A stretch of DNA of 64,000 bases, taken from positions 1,426,001 through 1,490,000 of the forward strand of contig OZ037841.1 of NCBI GenBank assembly GCA_964035575.1, in the 5' to 3' direction. Made by a program: the position numbers and the translations under genes. The notes under the pieces are model-generated. The model was not told the origin of the DNA. It saw nothing but the letters and a program-made list of their open reading frames with translations, and ran no database searches. The DNA is from Rhynchopus sp. YZ270_cl-10. Its lineage: Eukaryota. Positions 49,766 to 62,025 of the stretch are shown here, piece after piece. Position 1 is the stretch's first letter; every line of letters begins with the position of its first letter.

Positions 49766-52757
49766 GCAAGATGATTTGTTTCAAAAGGATTGAGTAAAGA
49801 AAAACTACTGAAGTTTTAAGATTATTCTTTGTGTTGAAAGAAAAAGTCTGTTTTTTTTTGTGTAGTTCTAAGTACCGATTAGGTCATTTCCAGCCACCAG
49901 TTGTAAAACATCCTTTTTGTAGAACTAAAAAAAAAGACGATTTGCGTCTCTTCGAAGTAACATTTATCTTCGGGTGACACTGTGCACGAAAAACAGGCCT
50001 TCCGGGTTTGCCTCCCTCAGTGGGTGTATTGTCGATACAACAAAATGGTGAGAAAAAATGGCTGTACCGTTTGTTGATCTGATATGTTGGGTGAGGGGGG
50101 GTATAGGTGACTTAGGATGTGACGCTGGAGGCTGATATTACCAACTATTTTTTTTTGAAAGAAATGGGTTGTGTCAAAATGGCATTACAGCGTGACACAT
50201 TCATCTCTCAAGTTTTCTCTTTGAGGAGACTGGTGGACGAAGTTCCATCCTTAAAGAATTTTAATCTTTTCTTCTAAGATATGTGTGCACGAGAGACACA
50301 TTCATCTGACAAACTTTCATTTTTTTTTCCCCTCTTGTTTTTCTTATTTTGCACTACGCCTGCATTGCCCTTTTGTGCATTGTGGTCAGAACCTATTGAC
50401 AGAGGCTCTGACGGTACAAAAAAAGATTTAGTGTCAAAACCAAACCTTCCCTAACCCACACCTCTCCTTGCACACCATATTTTGAAGACGAGGTGTGGTC
50501 ATTCTGCAATCAACATGTGGCTAAGCAATAGCAACACCGGTGTGTCATTCTGTAAGCAGCACCGTGCCTTTTGATTGTTTCGGGCAATACTTTGAAAACC
50601 AACCCCCGATTCCGTGCCCTGGTTTGGTTCCCCCTTGGTGACCATCTATTGATACAAAATTAGTGGAAAACAAAAGACTGTACAGTCCGTACTGTATTAG
50701 TCTAGCTTTGCACTAAACAGAATATGAAAAAAAATAATTGGGGCGGGTGGTCTCCTTTTCAAAAAAAGTCTCTTTTTTCTCGAACAAAATAGAATTTCAT
50801 CAAAACAGTAAGGTTTTTTATGGTCCGTTATGTTTCATTTTCATCTGATATTTGCCCCCTTTTTTCCCCATTTCCCTTGGAGGGGAAGACACCGAACCCC
50901 ATACACGAAAGAATAAGGGAGGATGATGTGTCCTGAGCAGCGTTGTGTACCATTACACAGCGGACTAGTCAGGGGGACTACCAGTCGTAATGATTTTTTT
51001 TCTGCTAAACTAGTAGTGTTTCTGGTGTGATACTAGTCGTAAAACACTAGTCATTTGTAGTAGTATCGCTACTAGTGGTCCCCCAAACGATTCCGCCGTT
51101 ATAGGTCGACCCCTGGGTTGGCATTTAAAAAAAAAAACTGATCGTCGTTCTTGAGGTGTGTGTAATAAAACATCTGACGCAATGCTCTGAATATCGCACG
51201 ACGGTGAAGTAGATGACTTTGGCTTTGTGATATTTTTCTTGTGGTTTTCACCGATTGTATTACAATGGTGAAACGATTAGGCAAAGTCAGTCACCGTTGT
51301 GCACAGTTTTGAGTGCGGAAGAACGCCCTCCGTTTCCAGGTGGTTGTGAACCGCCTCCGTTCTCTTGCGGACGGATCACTCACGTCCACCATTTGCACGA
51401 CCACGACTGAGCTGCGTTTTTAGTACGTTTCAACTACTCTTTTACTTTTTAAAACTTTCATGTTTGCAACTGACGTAACGTGGCTGCATCCTTTGCGCCC
51501 CCCTCCTCAATCCCCCCCATCGTTTTCTAGTAATGTGCGCACAGCGCTGCACACATTCATTCTTTCAAGTTTTCTCCTTCATTTTTTTCTTCGTTGAATT
51601 GAAAACAACCCTCTGCGGGGGGTTTTCCCTTTGGTGCAGTTTATGCTCACACAATAAAAAAAACAAAACAGCTTTCTCTTTTTTGTGCCCTTTCGTCCGC
51701 TGATGAACGGTGAGGCGTTTGCACCTTCAACTTCTCTCTTTTTTTTCCCAGATTGCGTTCAGCATTCTTTCACTTTTTTGGGCAACTCTTGAAAAACGAC
51801 GTTGTTCCACTCAGATGTCTCCCAATTACGTTTATTTTGCAAGGTGACTAAAGTGACTAAACACGAGCAGCTTAGGTTCATCTTTAATACAAACTTTGTT
51901 ATTATTTTGGCACCAGTGTTTGTGAAATATCTACCACATTGTGGGGTGACAACAGGGGGAGGTCAACAACTCCTCTAGAACCACTTCACATTGCCTTTTT
52001 CCCCCTTTCCCCCTACTGTTAACGCTTCTCTCCAAAGATTCCAGTATAATGTTACATAAAATTTCTGTTTTTCTTTTCCCTCTTCTGACGCCAAAAAACA
52101 ACTAAGTGAATCTTTTGCGCACAAAAAAAAACAAAAACGGGGTGATCAGGGGTACTTTTTTTTGCCTCTCTGGTCACGAAGAACATCACAAAAAAAAAAA
52201 ATTTACAACATACAGCCACCCCACTAGATTACTCCCTGTACCTATTTCCTTAAGCCCTTCTTAGGTGATATGAAGTGCAGAAAAACCCCTTCGGTAGGTT
52301 GTGGACAACAATTGGTTCTCTTTTTTTCTCTTTCGAAGATGTGCGGTACCAAACAATAATAGCGCTGTGTGGGATGTGTGCCATCAACGAGGTGTACTAT
52401 GTACCATAGCAGGAGCAGTTTCTGATTTATTGATTTGATTTTTTTTCTTGTAACAGGAGCGGACATAGAATGTCTCCCTGTGAATTGTGTGTCATATTGC
52501 TGTTTTAAGTAACTTCCCCCCCTCGCCCTTGTGCTATGTTCTCCCCCCTGCACACTCACCCCTTGCCAGTGCCCTCCGTCTTCGAGGAGTCCGCACGATT
52601 TTTTCCCCTCGATACATTTTTTAATGTGCGATAACGATTGTGATAAGAGGTGACTAAGCGAGGGCTTTAGGTTCATCTTATAAACTCTTTTGGTTTCTTT
52701 TTTTAAAAGGTACACGGTTGTCTGGTCCAGGTGGGTGGGCAAATTGCTCTCACAAAT

Positions 52758-52910
52758 TACTACCACGTCAGAGGTGAAATTCTTAGATCGCGGGAAGACG
52801 AACTTCTGCGAAAGCATTCGACAAGAATGTCTTCATTAATCAAGAACGAGAGTGTGGGGATCGAAGATGATCAGATACCGTCGTAGTCCACGACTGTAAA
52901 CGATGCCGTC
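52758..52910 (+). rRNA. Orphan ~150-bp fragment of eukaryotic SSU (18S) rRNA (rRNA pseudogene piece)
   Basis: GTCAGAGGTGAAATTCTTAGATC...GAAGACGAACT.CTGCGAAAGCATT...ATTAATCAAGAACGA.AGT..GGGGATCGAAGATGATCAGATACCGTCGTAGTC...GTAAACGATGCCG is the conserved core 3' of V4. The flanks are not rRNA-like. Confidence 0.93.
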
Positions 52911-55836
52911 TTCAGGACCTGACACCGCCGTATAGAGATTCTCTGTGCATGGGGGGTATAATGCAAGTCGGTGATCAAAAGATAAAATGGCGGGGTTCGG
53001 TGGTTGGCTGGTGCGATGTGTGATGGTTTTGGTTTTTTTGATTTGTACATACGTCAGCGTATAAGAGGGGGTATACACTTTTCAGCTACCCTTGGTATAC
53101 GCGTGAGAAGCATATGTATATTAAACCCCCCCTTTTCCCCCGCAAATCCCCTTCATGGTGACGAAAGCAGTGACCAGCTTTTGTCCGTCTTTAAAAAAAA
53201 GCGCTTTTTTCCTTGTGTTCTATCTTTCCTTTTTGTCAGTGCACGCCGCAGAGGTGCGCACTTTGAACTTTACCTTATTTTTATTGAAAGATAATGCCTT
53301 TCGAGGGAGGTGTTCATCCTTAACAGTTTACTCTTTTGTTGGTGCCTTCAGTTTGAAGATGAGCACCGTGTTTTTTCTCACTCTTTTTTTCCCCTGACTA
53401 CATGTTTGGGGTCCACCCCGGTACAGCCGGTCATTGTACCAAAGGTATACTGTTCACGAGAGGGCTTTGTATTTCAAGTCAACTTCTTTTTTGCATTTCA
53501 TTTCAATGAAAACAAAGTAAATCCGCGTTTTGAAAGTTTTTTTTTTTTTTTGATTTTGTGATTGGTGAGAACCGCTTTCCCCCCATTTTTTTCTTCATTT
53601 TATTTCTCCTAAAAAGTCGAGTGAGCAGTTAGTTATATTGTGGGTTGTGTTTCTTATGTGTTCTGGGGCTTGGTTGGCCCATGCAAAACCCCACAAATCG
53701 TTTTTGAACGTGTGTCATGTGAGTGTATATTATGAAAAAAACAAAAACAAAAAAATGCAACAATTGAATTATTCAGTTGGGAATCCACCTTTCCCATAGA
53801 TTGTGTGCGTTTTTTTTTTTTTTTTTGAGTTATTTATTGAGTTGAGATTGAGGACATGCAGAACTCCAAATAAATTGGCGCCCAAATAAGTTTGCCGGAT
53901 TTGAAGATTTTGGTGTAGTTGATTTTAGCGACTTTTTTTTGGACGACAAACATATTTGGAGTACTGAAAAACTGAAAGGCAAATGCTTGTTTGTGTTTTA
54001 ATGTCAGTTTTGGGCAATTCTATAGGCCCAAAGGCGACGTTCACTTTGTGTGCGAACGATGAGCTATTTCTTACATCGTGTTTTATCTCTCCCCCGCACG
54101 ACAACGATACTTCACAATAAAACAAAACACTACGATTCTTGGTTTCTTCATCTCCAATAATCCTGAAAAGTCAGTTTCTATTTTGTATTTATTATTTCCC
54201 CCCCATTTTGATTGTTTGAAATCTCTTTATGTCATTCCCTTTGATTCCGACTTTGCGTTCAACGAATAAAAGTAAAACCGAACTAAGTAATCGTCAATTA
54301 AGTGGGAGTTTGGCAGAAAATTCACCTGTCCAGTTGTATTTAACAGGTTATGTGGTATCTTTAGGTGTGGCATGTTACAAAATGTTGTTGTTTTTTTCTC
54401 TCTCCAAATTTTTGATTCTATCACTTCACACCTTCTATGTTTCAATCATATCAGTTCCGAGGCTTGGGTGTTGTTTTTTCTCTCTCTCGTGCATGGTACT
54501 TCAGCACGCTGTCGTGCCCAAGGGTTGTCACCGTATAATTTTTTTTCTTATAATAATGGTTGTGCGTCGCATGCATTCCCACCTGATTTAGCCTTGGTTG
54601 CGGCAAGCACCAAAAAAAAAACGGCCAACACAGGCAGACATAGGTCAAAATGGATATAAATCAGGTGACATGATTTTTGTGTGTTTCTTGTGCAAACCCG
54701 CAAACCCGCAAACCGTCGAGATGGATACGTCTCTAAGCATTTGTGCAACTCTTCCCTTCCCCCCTTTTTTGAAACCTGTGTAAGCAGACCCAGGATGCGC
54801 TCCACTCCTGGGGAAGTTGGCCCCAGACAGTTTGGGACAGAATGGTCGGTGTTCTGGTCACGCACCGAAGGTACACTGTCACGAGAAGGGCTTTGTATTT
54901 TAAGTCAGACTTTAGGTATTTTTTTTTATTCGTGTGCACATGAAGCGTATCCATCTTGTGAGCCTTTCAATATTTCAAGGTAGACTATGCACAGTTTTTT
55001 TTCTCCTTCAATTTTTGTTTTCAAGATGACCGCATTGCGTTCATCTTGCACTTTTCTCTTCTTCTTCCTATCTCCCTTCTACCCTCCCTCCTTGACTGCT
55101 TTGAAAGGGAAGACACAGCAATATTTTAAAGAATACTCTCCCTCAATGGTGCTTTTTTTTAGGGGGCAGTGCCCAGCGTCCCAGAGGCGTTTGCACTGTC
55201 AGCTTCACTTCTTTTCCCATCCTCTTCACCGAACAGCAGACTTTCTTGCATACCGACGCCTTGCACAACAAATATGCTACTTCTTCTCCAGTTTCAGGAC
55301 GATTTTGTGTAGATCTAATTCACAAAAAAAAGACAGAAAAAAAGGGTAAGTCTACTGAGAGATTCGGGGTTTCTTTTGAGGAATGAACTAAACACTTTTT
55401 TCTATCTCTTCCGAGCTCCCCTTTTTACAAAAAAATAATGTGTGTTTTTTTTTCATGTGAGAGACAACATTACATTCAGTAAAAATGATACCGTTTCGAT
55501 GTGTACCTACCCCCTTCGGCATTGCATTACCATACAGTACCTATTAGCAAAGCCATTCAAAACGGCTGGTATTTGGGTGGCACGTTGCGTTTACCGGAGA
55601 GGTGCAAGAGAGATTTCGATGTTTTGTTGTTTTTTTTTTCGCCTTTTGTGGTGAAGATAGCAGTGTTGCGTCTTCCAGAGAGATTTCTTCTTATTTTTCT
55701 TTGTGCTTTCATCGGATGGCTACGTACGTGGGTCATCGTCGAAGGTGTCTGTATCAACAACTACAGTTTTTTTTAATACAAAAGCTCCCGTTCAGGGAAT
55801 TCGCGTATGCAACCGAGAATGAAGCACAGAGAAGAA

Positions 55837-58800
55837 CAAATGTTCTTGTTGTAACAGTAACAAGGCAACTGTGTGGTAAGAAAATGTGGAGGAGGGAGGA
55901 GGGGGTTGGGATCAGGTGAGGAAAGAAGGAGCATGTGAGGGTTTTGTGGGTTTTGGGACCAAAGAAAGTTGCTTTGCCAATACAGCTCCCATCTCGGAAT
56001 GGCTGAAGTGATGAAGTCACAACGTTGTATCGTCAAAACTAAACAGAATATAAATAAAGAAATACCCCACCCCTTCTGATTGTGTCAGCTGTTCTCCGAT
56101 ACTTTTGACAACCCCAAACACGAGTCAGTAGCTAGTCCCTTCAGCTCGTTCGAGTGCACCGTGCTGTGGTCTCTTATCGGCACAGCTTGGATGAACAGAG
56201 TGCGAGGAGCTTCCCCATTCATCACAACACCACACCACACAGAGAGACACAACAATGCAGCTGTCTGTGCTGTACCTCGGGAAGCCACACGCTTTCGAAA
56301 TCGATCAACTAGTGAGAGTAGACCCAATAGAATACGTGTGTAGTCAGGCAGCGGCTGCAGTGGGGATCGAAGCAGGTACCTTTATACCATTCACATTGCT
56401 GTTCGATGGGAAACCTCTAGATGACATCACGCAACTGAGCGAGGGCAACACGATCGTGATGACTCCGAATCAAGGCCCGATACTACCGACGATAGAGGAT
56501 TTCTTTCAGGAAGACACTAAGTACCTCAGTGGCAAAGGGGATGGCTTCCTCGCGCACCACACTTGGTTGACGACAATCATTCTTCCTGAAGAAAGCGACG
56601 TCGAAGATACGTGCGACGACTTCCTGAAGGGGTGCAGTGGGTTGACGACAATCGATCTCTCTGGTCTCATCAAGGTCAAGTACATAGGGGATGGCTTCCT
56701 CGCGAAGTGCACCTCATTGACAACGATCACACTGCCCGAAGAGAACGCCGTAGAGGATATAGGCAACAACTTCCTAATGCAGTGCAGTGGGTTGACCACA
56801 ATCGATCTCTCTGGTCTCAGCTCTGTCAGGAACGTAGGGGATGGCTTCCTCGCGAAGTGCACCTCATTGGAAACCATCACACTGCCTCAAGGGACCGCTC
56901 TCCAGAAGATAGGCAACGACTTCCTGTGGGAGTGCTTTTAGTTGAAGAGAATCGATCTCTCCGGTCTCAGCGCTGTCACGGAGATAGGCAACAATTTCCT
57001 GTCGGGGTGCAGAGGCTTGACGACAATGAACTTCTCTGGTCTCAGCTCTGTCAAGAAGATCGGCAACGACTTCCTGTCGGGGTGCAGTGGGTTGACGACA
57101 ATCAACTTCTCTAGTCTTAGCGATGTCAGAGAAATAGGGACCAACTTCCTGATTAGGTGCAGAAACTTGAGTACGATCAACTTCTCTGGTCTCAGCTCTG
57201 TCAAGAAGATCGGCAACCGCTTCGTGTCGGGGTGCACAGGGTTGAGGATAATCGATCTCACTGGTCTTAGCTCTGTCGAGGTCATTGGCGACTACTTCGT
57301 GTCGGGGTGCAGTGGGTTGACGGAAATCAGCCTCTCTGGTCTCAGCTCTGTCGGAGAAATAGGGACCGACTTCCTGTCGTGGTGCAGTGGGTTGAGGACA
57401 ATCAACTTCTCTGGTCTCAGCTCTGTCAAGAAGATCGACAACCACTTCGTGTCGCGGTGCAGTGGGTTGACGGAAATCAGCCTCTCTGGTCTCAGCGAGG
57501 TAACCAACATCGGATGTTACTTCTTCGAACACTGCACCTCATTGAGAACGATCACACTGCCTGAAGAGAGCGCTGTCACGGAGATAGGCAGCAGCTTCCT
57601 GTGGAGGTGCAGCGGGTTGACGACAATCGATCTCTCTGGGTTCAGCTCTGTCAGGAACATAGGGTATGGCTTCCTCGAGAAGTGCACCTCATTGGAAACC
57701 ATCATACTACCTGAAAAGAGCGCTCTGCAGGAGATAGGCAACCACTTCCTGTCAGGGTGCAGTGGTTTGACGGAAATCAACCTCTCTCGCCTGAGTCGTC
57801 TTGAGGTGATCGGGAACCGCTTTCTTGCGAACTGCACCTCCGCGAAAACTGTCGTCCTGCCGATCTTCAGGAACACACGCATTGGTGACCACTTCATGGC
57901 TGCCTCAGGTGTGACAAGAGTGCAGTTCCCTGTATCGAGCAGCGTGGCCGCGATAGGGAAGAACTTCCTGTGGGGCTGCACTGGCCTGCTGACAGCTGAC
58001 CTCTCTGGGCTGCAGCGTGTGAAGCGTATTCAGGAAGGCTTGCTTGCGTACTGCAGGAACCTGTCTTCCGTGACCCTCTCTGGGTTGCGCTCGGTCGAAG
58101 CGATTGAGGACTACTGTATGGCACGGTGCACGTCGCTGGACAGGCTTTATCTCTCAGATTTGCGTAGTGTGACGCACATCGGGAAAGGCTTCCTCTCGAA
58201 CTGCACGCTGCCATCGAACGAAAGGAAAATAACAGTGAAGCTCACCGGCAGCAGCGACGTGGTGTCTGCGCGAGTGCTGTCGGGATTGGACGGAACGGAC
58301 GTTGTTGAGATGGTTCCCCCAACAGAGGCAACACTTGATTCCCCTGTGCCTGAACAATGGGGAGAAATTGCACTGCACGCTTCAGGAGGTAGAGCTGTGT
58401 GATTTTGTTGTGTCTCCTCTTCTCTGCAAAGCACTAGCTCTCCAATGAACACACGTATTGGGCTATGTGAGGTTGGGTTTGGGCGTGGGGGGGTTGCCTG
58501 CGAAATGTTCGAAAATATTCACGAACGGGAAGAGAAAAAAACTGTGTTAATTGTAAAAGTAAGCACCCCCTTAGCGGTGCAACCGTGGTTGAACCACGGG
58601 AGAACCCTTGGGAAATAGGTTGCTGACCACCACATTTCGTTGATTATAGTGGGTTTTGTAGCTTTGATGGGTTGTGATCTTATAGCTTTTGTAGCTTTGT
58701 GGGTTTTTTTGTTTTATTTGACGTTCTGGGGATTTTTTTCAAGCACAACAAGTTTTCTTCAAGGACCTGTCATAGATGGAGGGGGAAGTTGGCCCAGTTT

Positions 58801-61294
58801 AACGTCGTCTTGTCCATGGCCTTTGGTGGGTCTTCTTCCATTATTTCCATCTCCAAAAACAGACAGCGCTTGGGTGGGGGGGAAAGCCTACCCACAGAGA
58901 AGCCAGTAGACAGTTGTCGTAGGGTTGGTGCTTGAGAAGCAATGCATAGCATTTACAAAGAAAGATTCTTACTATTGTTGCTTGTAAGCAAATTTGCTTG
59001 TTTTAATGGTAATAAGGCTATCGTGTGGTAAAAAATGTGGAGGAGGGGAGGGGGGGTGGGATCAGGTGAGGAAAGAAGGAGCATGTGAGGGTTTTGTGGG
59101 TTTTGGGACCAAAGAGAGTTGCTTTGCCAATACAGCTCCCATCTCGGAATGGCTGAAGTGATGAAGTCACAACGTTGTAGCGGCAAAAATAAACAGAATA
59201 TAAATAAAGAAATACCCCACCCCTTCTGATTGTGTCAGCTGTTCTCCGATACTTTTGACAACCCCAAACACGAGTCAGTAGCTAGTCCCTTCAGCTCGTT
59301 CGAGTGCACCGTGTTGTGGTCTCTATCGGCACAGCTTGGATAAACAGAGTGCGAGGAGCGTACCCATTCATCACAACACCACACCACACAGAGAGACACA
59401 ACAATGCAGCTGTATGTGCTGTACCGTGGGGAACAACACCCTTTCGAAGTCGATGAGAGTATGGGAGAAGACCCAATAGAATACGTGTGTAGTCAGGTGG
59501 CGGCTGCAGTGGGGATCGAAGCAGATACCTTCACATTGCTGTTCGATGGGAAACCTCTGCGCGACCGAGACGACATCATGCAACTGAGCGAGGACAACAC
59601 GATCGAGATTGCTCTGGACAATCGATGCCCGACAATGGATCTCTCTTGGTCCAACGCCCTCAGCAACAGAGGGGATGGCTTCCTCGCGCACCACACTTGG
59701 TTGACGACAATCACTCTTCCTCAAGAAAGCAACGTCGAGGATATAGGCAACGGCTTCCTGTCGTGGTGTAGTGGGTTGACGACAGTCAATCTCTCTGGTC
59801 TCAGCGCTGTCAGGAACATAGGGGATGGCTTCCTCGCGGAGTGCACCTCATTGACAACGATCACACTGCCTGAAGAGAGCGCTGTCACGGAGATAGGCAA
59901 CAACTTCCTGAAGGGGTGCAGTGGATTGACGACAATTAATATCTCTGGGTTCAGCGCTGTCATGGAGATAAAGAACGACTTCCTGTCGGAGTGTTGTAGG
60001 TTGGGGACAATCAACTTCTCTGAGTTCACCTCTGTCACGGTCATAGGGGATAGCTTCCTGAAGGGGTGCAGAGGGTTGAGGAAAATCAATCTCTCTGGGT
60101 GCAACGCTGTCAGGAACATAGGGGATGGCTTCCTATCGCGGTGCACCTCATTGACAACGATCACACTGCCTGAAGAGAGCGCTGTCGCGGAGATAGGCAA
60201 CGACTTCCTGTCGGGGTGCAGAGGGTTGAAGAAAATCGATCTCTCTGGTTTCAGCGCTGTCGGGAACATAGGGGATGGCTTCCTGTTATGGTGCGATCGG
60301 TTGACGACAATCAATCTCTCTGGTCTCAGTGCTGTCAGCAGCATAGGGGATGGCTTCCTCGCGCACTGCACCTCATTGGAAATCACACTGCCTCAAGAGG
60401 GTGCTGTAATGGAGATAGGCAACAAGTTTCTGTTGGGGTGCTTTAAGTTGACGGATATTGATCTGTCTGGTCTCAGGTCTGTCGCAGATATTCAGAGCGA
60501 CTTCCTGAAGGGGTGCCATGGGTTGACGACTCTCGATCTCTCTGGTCTCAGCTCTGTCATGGATATTCAGGGTGACTTCCTGAAGGGATGCAGTGGGTTG
60601 ACGAGAATAGATCTCTCTGGTTTCAGCAAGGTCAGGAACATAGGGGATGGCTTCCTCGCGAAGTGCACCTCATTAATAACGATCATACTACCTGAGAAGA
60701 GCGCTCTGCGGGAGATAGGCAACGAATTTCTGTCAGGGTGCAGTGGTTTGACAGAAATCAACCTCTCTCGCCTGAGTCGTCTTAAGGTGATCGGGAACCG
60801 CTTTCTTGCGAACTGCACCTCAGCGAAAACTGTCGTCCTGCCGATCTTCAAGGACACACGCATTGGTGACCACTTCATGGCTGGCTCAGGTGTGACAAGA
60901 GTGCAGTTCCCTGAATCGAGCAGCGTGGCCGCGATAGGGAAGAACTTCCTGTGGGGCTGCACTGGCCTGCTGACAGCTGACCTCTCTGGGCTGCAGCGTG
61001 TGAGGCGTATCCAGGAAGGCTTGCTTGCGTACTGCAGGAACCTGTCTTCCGTGACCCTCTCTGGGTTGCGCTCGGTCGAAGCGATTGAGGACTACTGTAT
61101 GGCACGGTGCACGTCGCTGGACAGGCTTTATCTCTCAGATTTGCGTTGCGTGACGCACATCGGGAAAGGCTTCCTCTCGAACTGCACGCTGCCATCGAAC
61201 GAAAGGAAAATAACAGTGAAGCTCACCGGCAGCAGCGACGTGGTGTCTGCGCGAGTGCTGTCGGGATTGGACGGAACGGACGTCGAGAAGATGG
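55837..61294 (+). repeat. Tandem segmental duplication: ~55837-58313 versus ~58989-61294 (~420 bp upstream flank plus LRR gene)
   Basis: Near-identical upstream sequence (GGGATCAGGTGAGGAAAGAAGGAGCATGTGAGG...ACACAACAATGCAG) and near-identical last ~600 bp of coding sequence, up to GGACGGAACGGACGT. Confidence 0.95.
56255..58402 (+). pseudogene. UBL-like + BspA-type (LRR_5-like) leucine-rich repeat gene, copy 1, interrupted by a single in-frame TAG (56939-56941)
   Basis: ORFs 56255-56941 and 56942-58402 are in the same frame. 25-aa repeats (CSGLTTIDLSGLSSVxxIGxxFLxx / CTSLxTITLPEESAVxEIGxxFLxx) run straight through the stop. The most similar repeat of the paralogue has AAG (60445-60447). Confidence 0.8.
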
Positions 61295-61419
61295 ACGTGC
61301 AAGTGGACGATACAAACATTGAAGTGAGAAGCAGCAACGAAAGCACGCCACTTCATCATGCTTGCGACCGTGGAAGCTTAGGCATATGCAAACTATTGCT
61401 AGAAGAACGCAAACATTGA
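59404..61419 (+). CDS. UBL-like + BspA-type LRR protein, copy 2, 671 aa, ending in one ankyrin repeat
   Basis: Intact ORF with the same 25-aa repeats; C-terminus STPLHHACDRGSLGICKLLLE is an ankyrin repeat. Confidence 0.85.
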   Translation: MQLYVLYRGEQHPFEVDESMGEDPIEYVCSQVAAAVGIEADTFTLLFDGKPLRDRDDIMQLSEDNTIEIALDNRCPTMDLSWSNALSNRGDGFLAHHTWLTTITLPQESNVEDIGNGFLSWCSGLTTVNLSGLSAVRNIGDGFLAECTSLTTITLPEESAVTEIGNNFLKGCSGLTTINISGFSAVMEIKNDFLSECCRLGTINFSEFTSVTVIGDSFLKGCRGLRKINLSGCNAVRNIGDGFLSRCTSLTTITLPEESAVAEIGNDFLSGCRGLKKIDLSGFSAVGNIGDGFLLWCDRLTTINLSGLSAVSSIGDGFLAHCTSLEITLPQEGAVMEIGNKFLLGCFKLTDIDLSGLRSVADIQSDFLKGCHGLTTLDLSGLSSVMDIQGDFLKGCSGLTRIDLSGFSKVRNIGDGFLAKCTSLITIILPEKSALREIGNEFLSGCSGLTEINLSRLSRLKVIGNRFLANCTSAKTVVLPIFKDTRIGDHFMAGSGVTRVQFPESSSVAAIGKNFLWGCTGLLTADLSGLQRVRRIQEGLLAYCRNLSSVTLSGLRSVEAIEDYCMARCTSLDRLYLSDLRCVTHIGKGFLSNCTLPSNERKITVKLTGSSDVVSARVLSGLDGTDVEKMDVQVDDTNIEVRSSNESTPLHHACDRGSLGICKLLLEERKH

Positions 61420-62025
61420 AGCCACAGACAGCAGTGGACGAACTCCGATTTGTTTGATCTGATGTAGCTCGATATCTAGCGGGTGCTGGTGCTCGTGTTT
61501 TTATTCCTCCGAAGCTTGCTTCAAAGGAGAAATAGTATTACTGGTACGGTCGCCGGTCAACCCTCAAACAAGAGGATTGTGCAATCAACGAAACAACTTT
61601 ACTTACCTACCGATCCTATTGTTTTGAATCCAAACGTAGTAACGACTAAGGCCAGTTTCCACTGATTTCAGCAGCTCGGAATAGAAGAAGAATAAGCAAA
61701 TAATTGAATATGGGTTGATTAACCATACATGTCATGTGAAGAGGTTCTTCGCATTTGCAAAAATATCAAAAATTCTGAGCATATGATTCGCATACTTTGA
61801 ATAGTCGATACTCCAAAAAGTCACCGGAACCGAAAAGCGTCTAGTTTGGGGGTATACCAACCTGCTTTGTAGGTGTTTTAGCCCGGCACCCAAAAAATGT
61901 GAGGCTGTCCTGAGTCTCGAAAAGAAGTCCCAGTCTTACCGTTTCCCCCTTCCCTGCCTTTGTGCTCCACCTCTCCCCCGCCCTTCACGACGCGGGTTTT
62001 CGGAGGGTTTTCGAGACTTTTAGGG

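Noticed and set aside
50972..51084. ACTAGT-rich segment with GGGGGAC/GTCCCCC ends
   Set aside because: Possible degenerate MITE with no TSD; too weak to call.
51695..51737. CTGATGA in family D suggesting a hammerhead ribozyme
   Set aside because: The required GAAA after stem II is absent, and other copies have CCGATGA.
56939..56941. Stop-codon reassignment (TAG as a sense codon) as the organism's genetic code
   Set aside because: TAG terminates three other apparently complete genes in the window, and no other gene has internal TAGs.
62018..62025. TTAGGG telomere-like sequence flanking the hAT-like element
   Set aside because: A single unit duplicated as the TSD; there is no tandem telomeric array.
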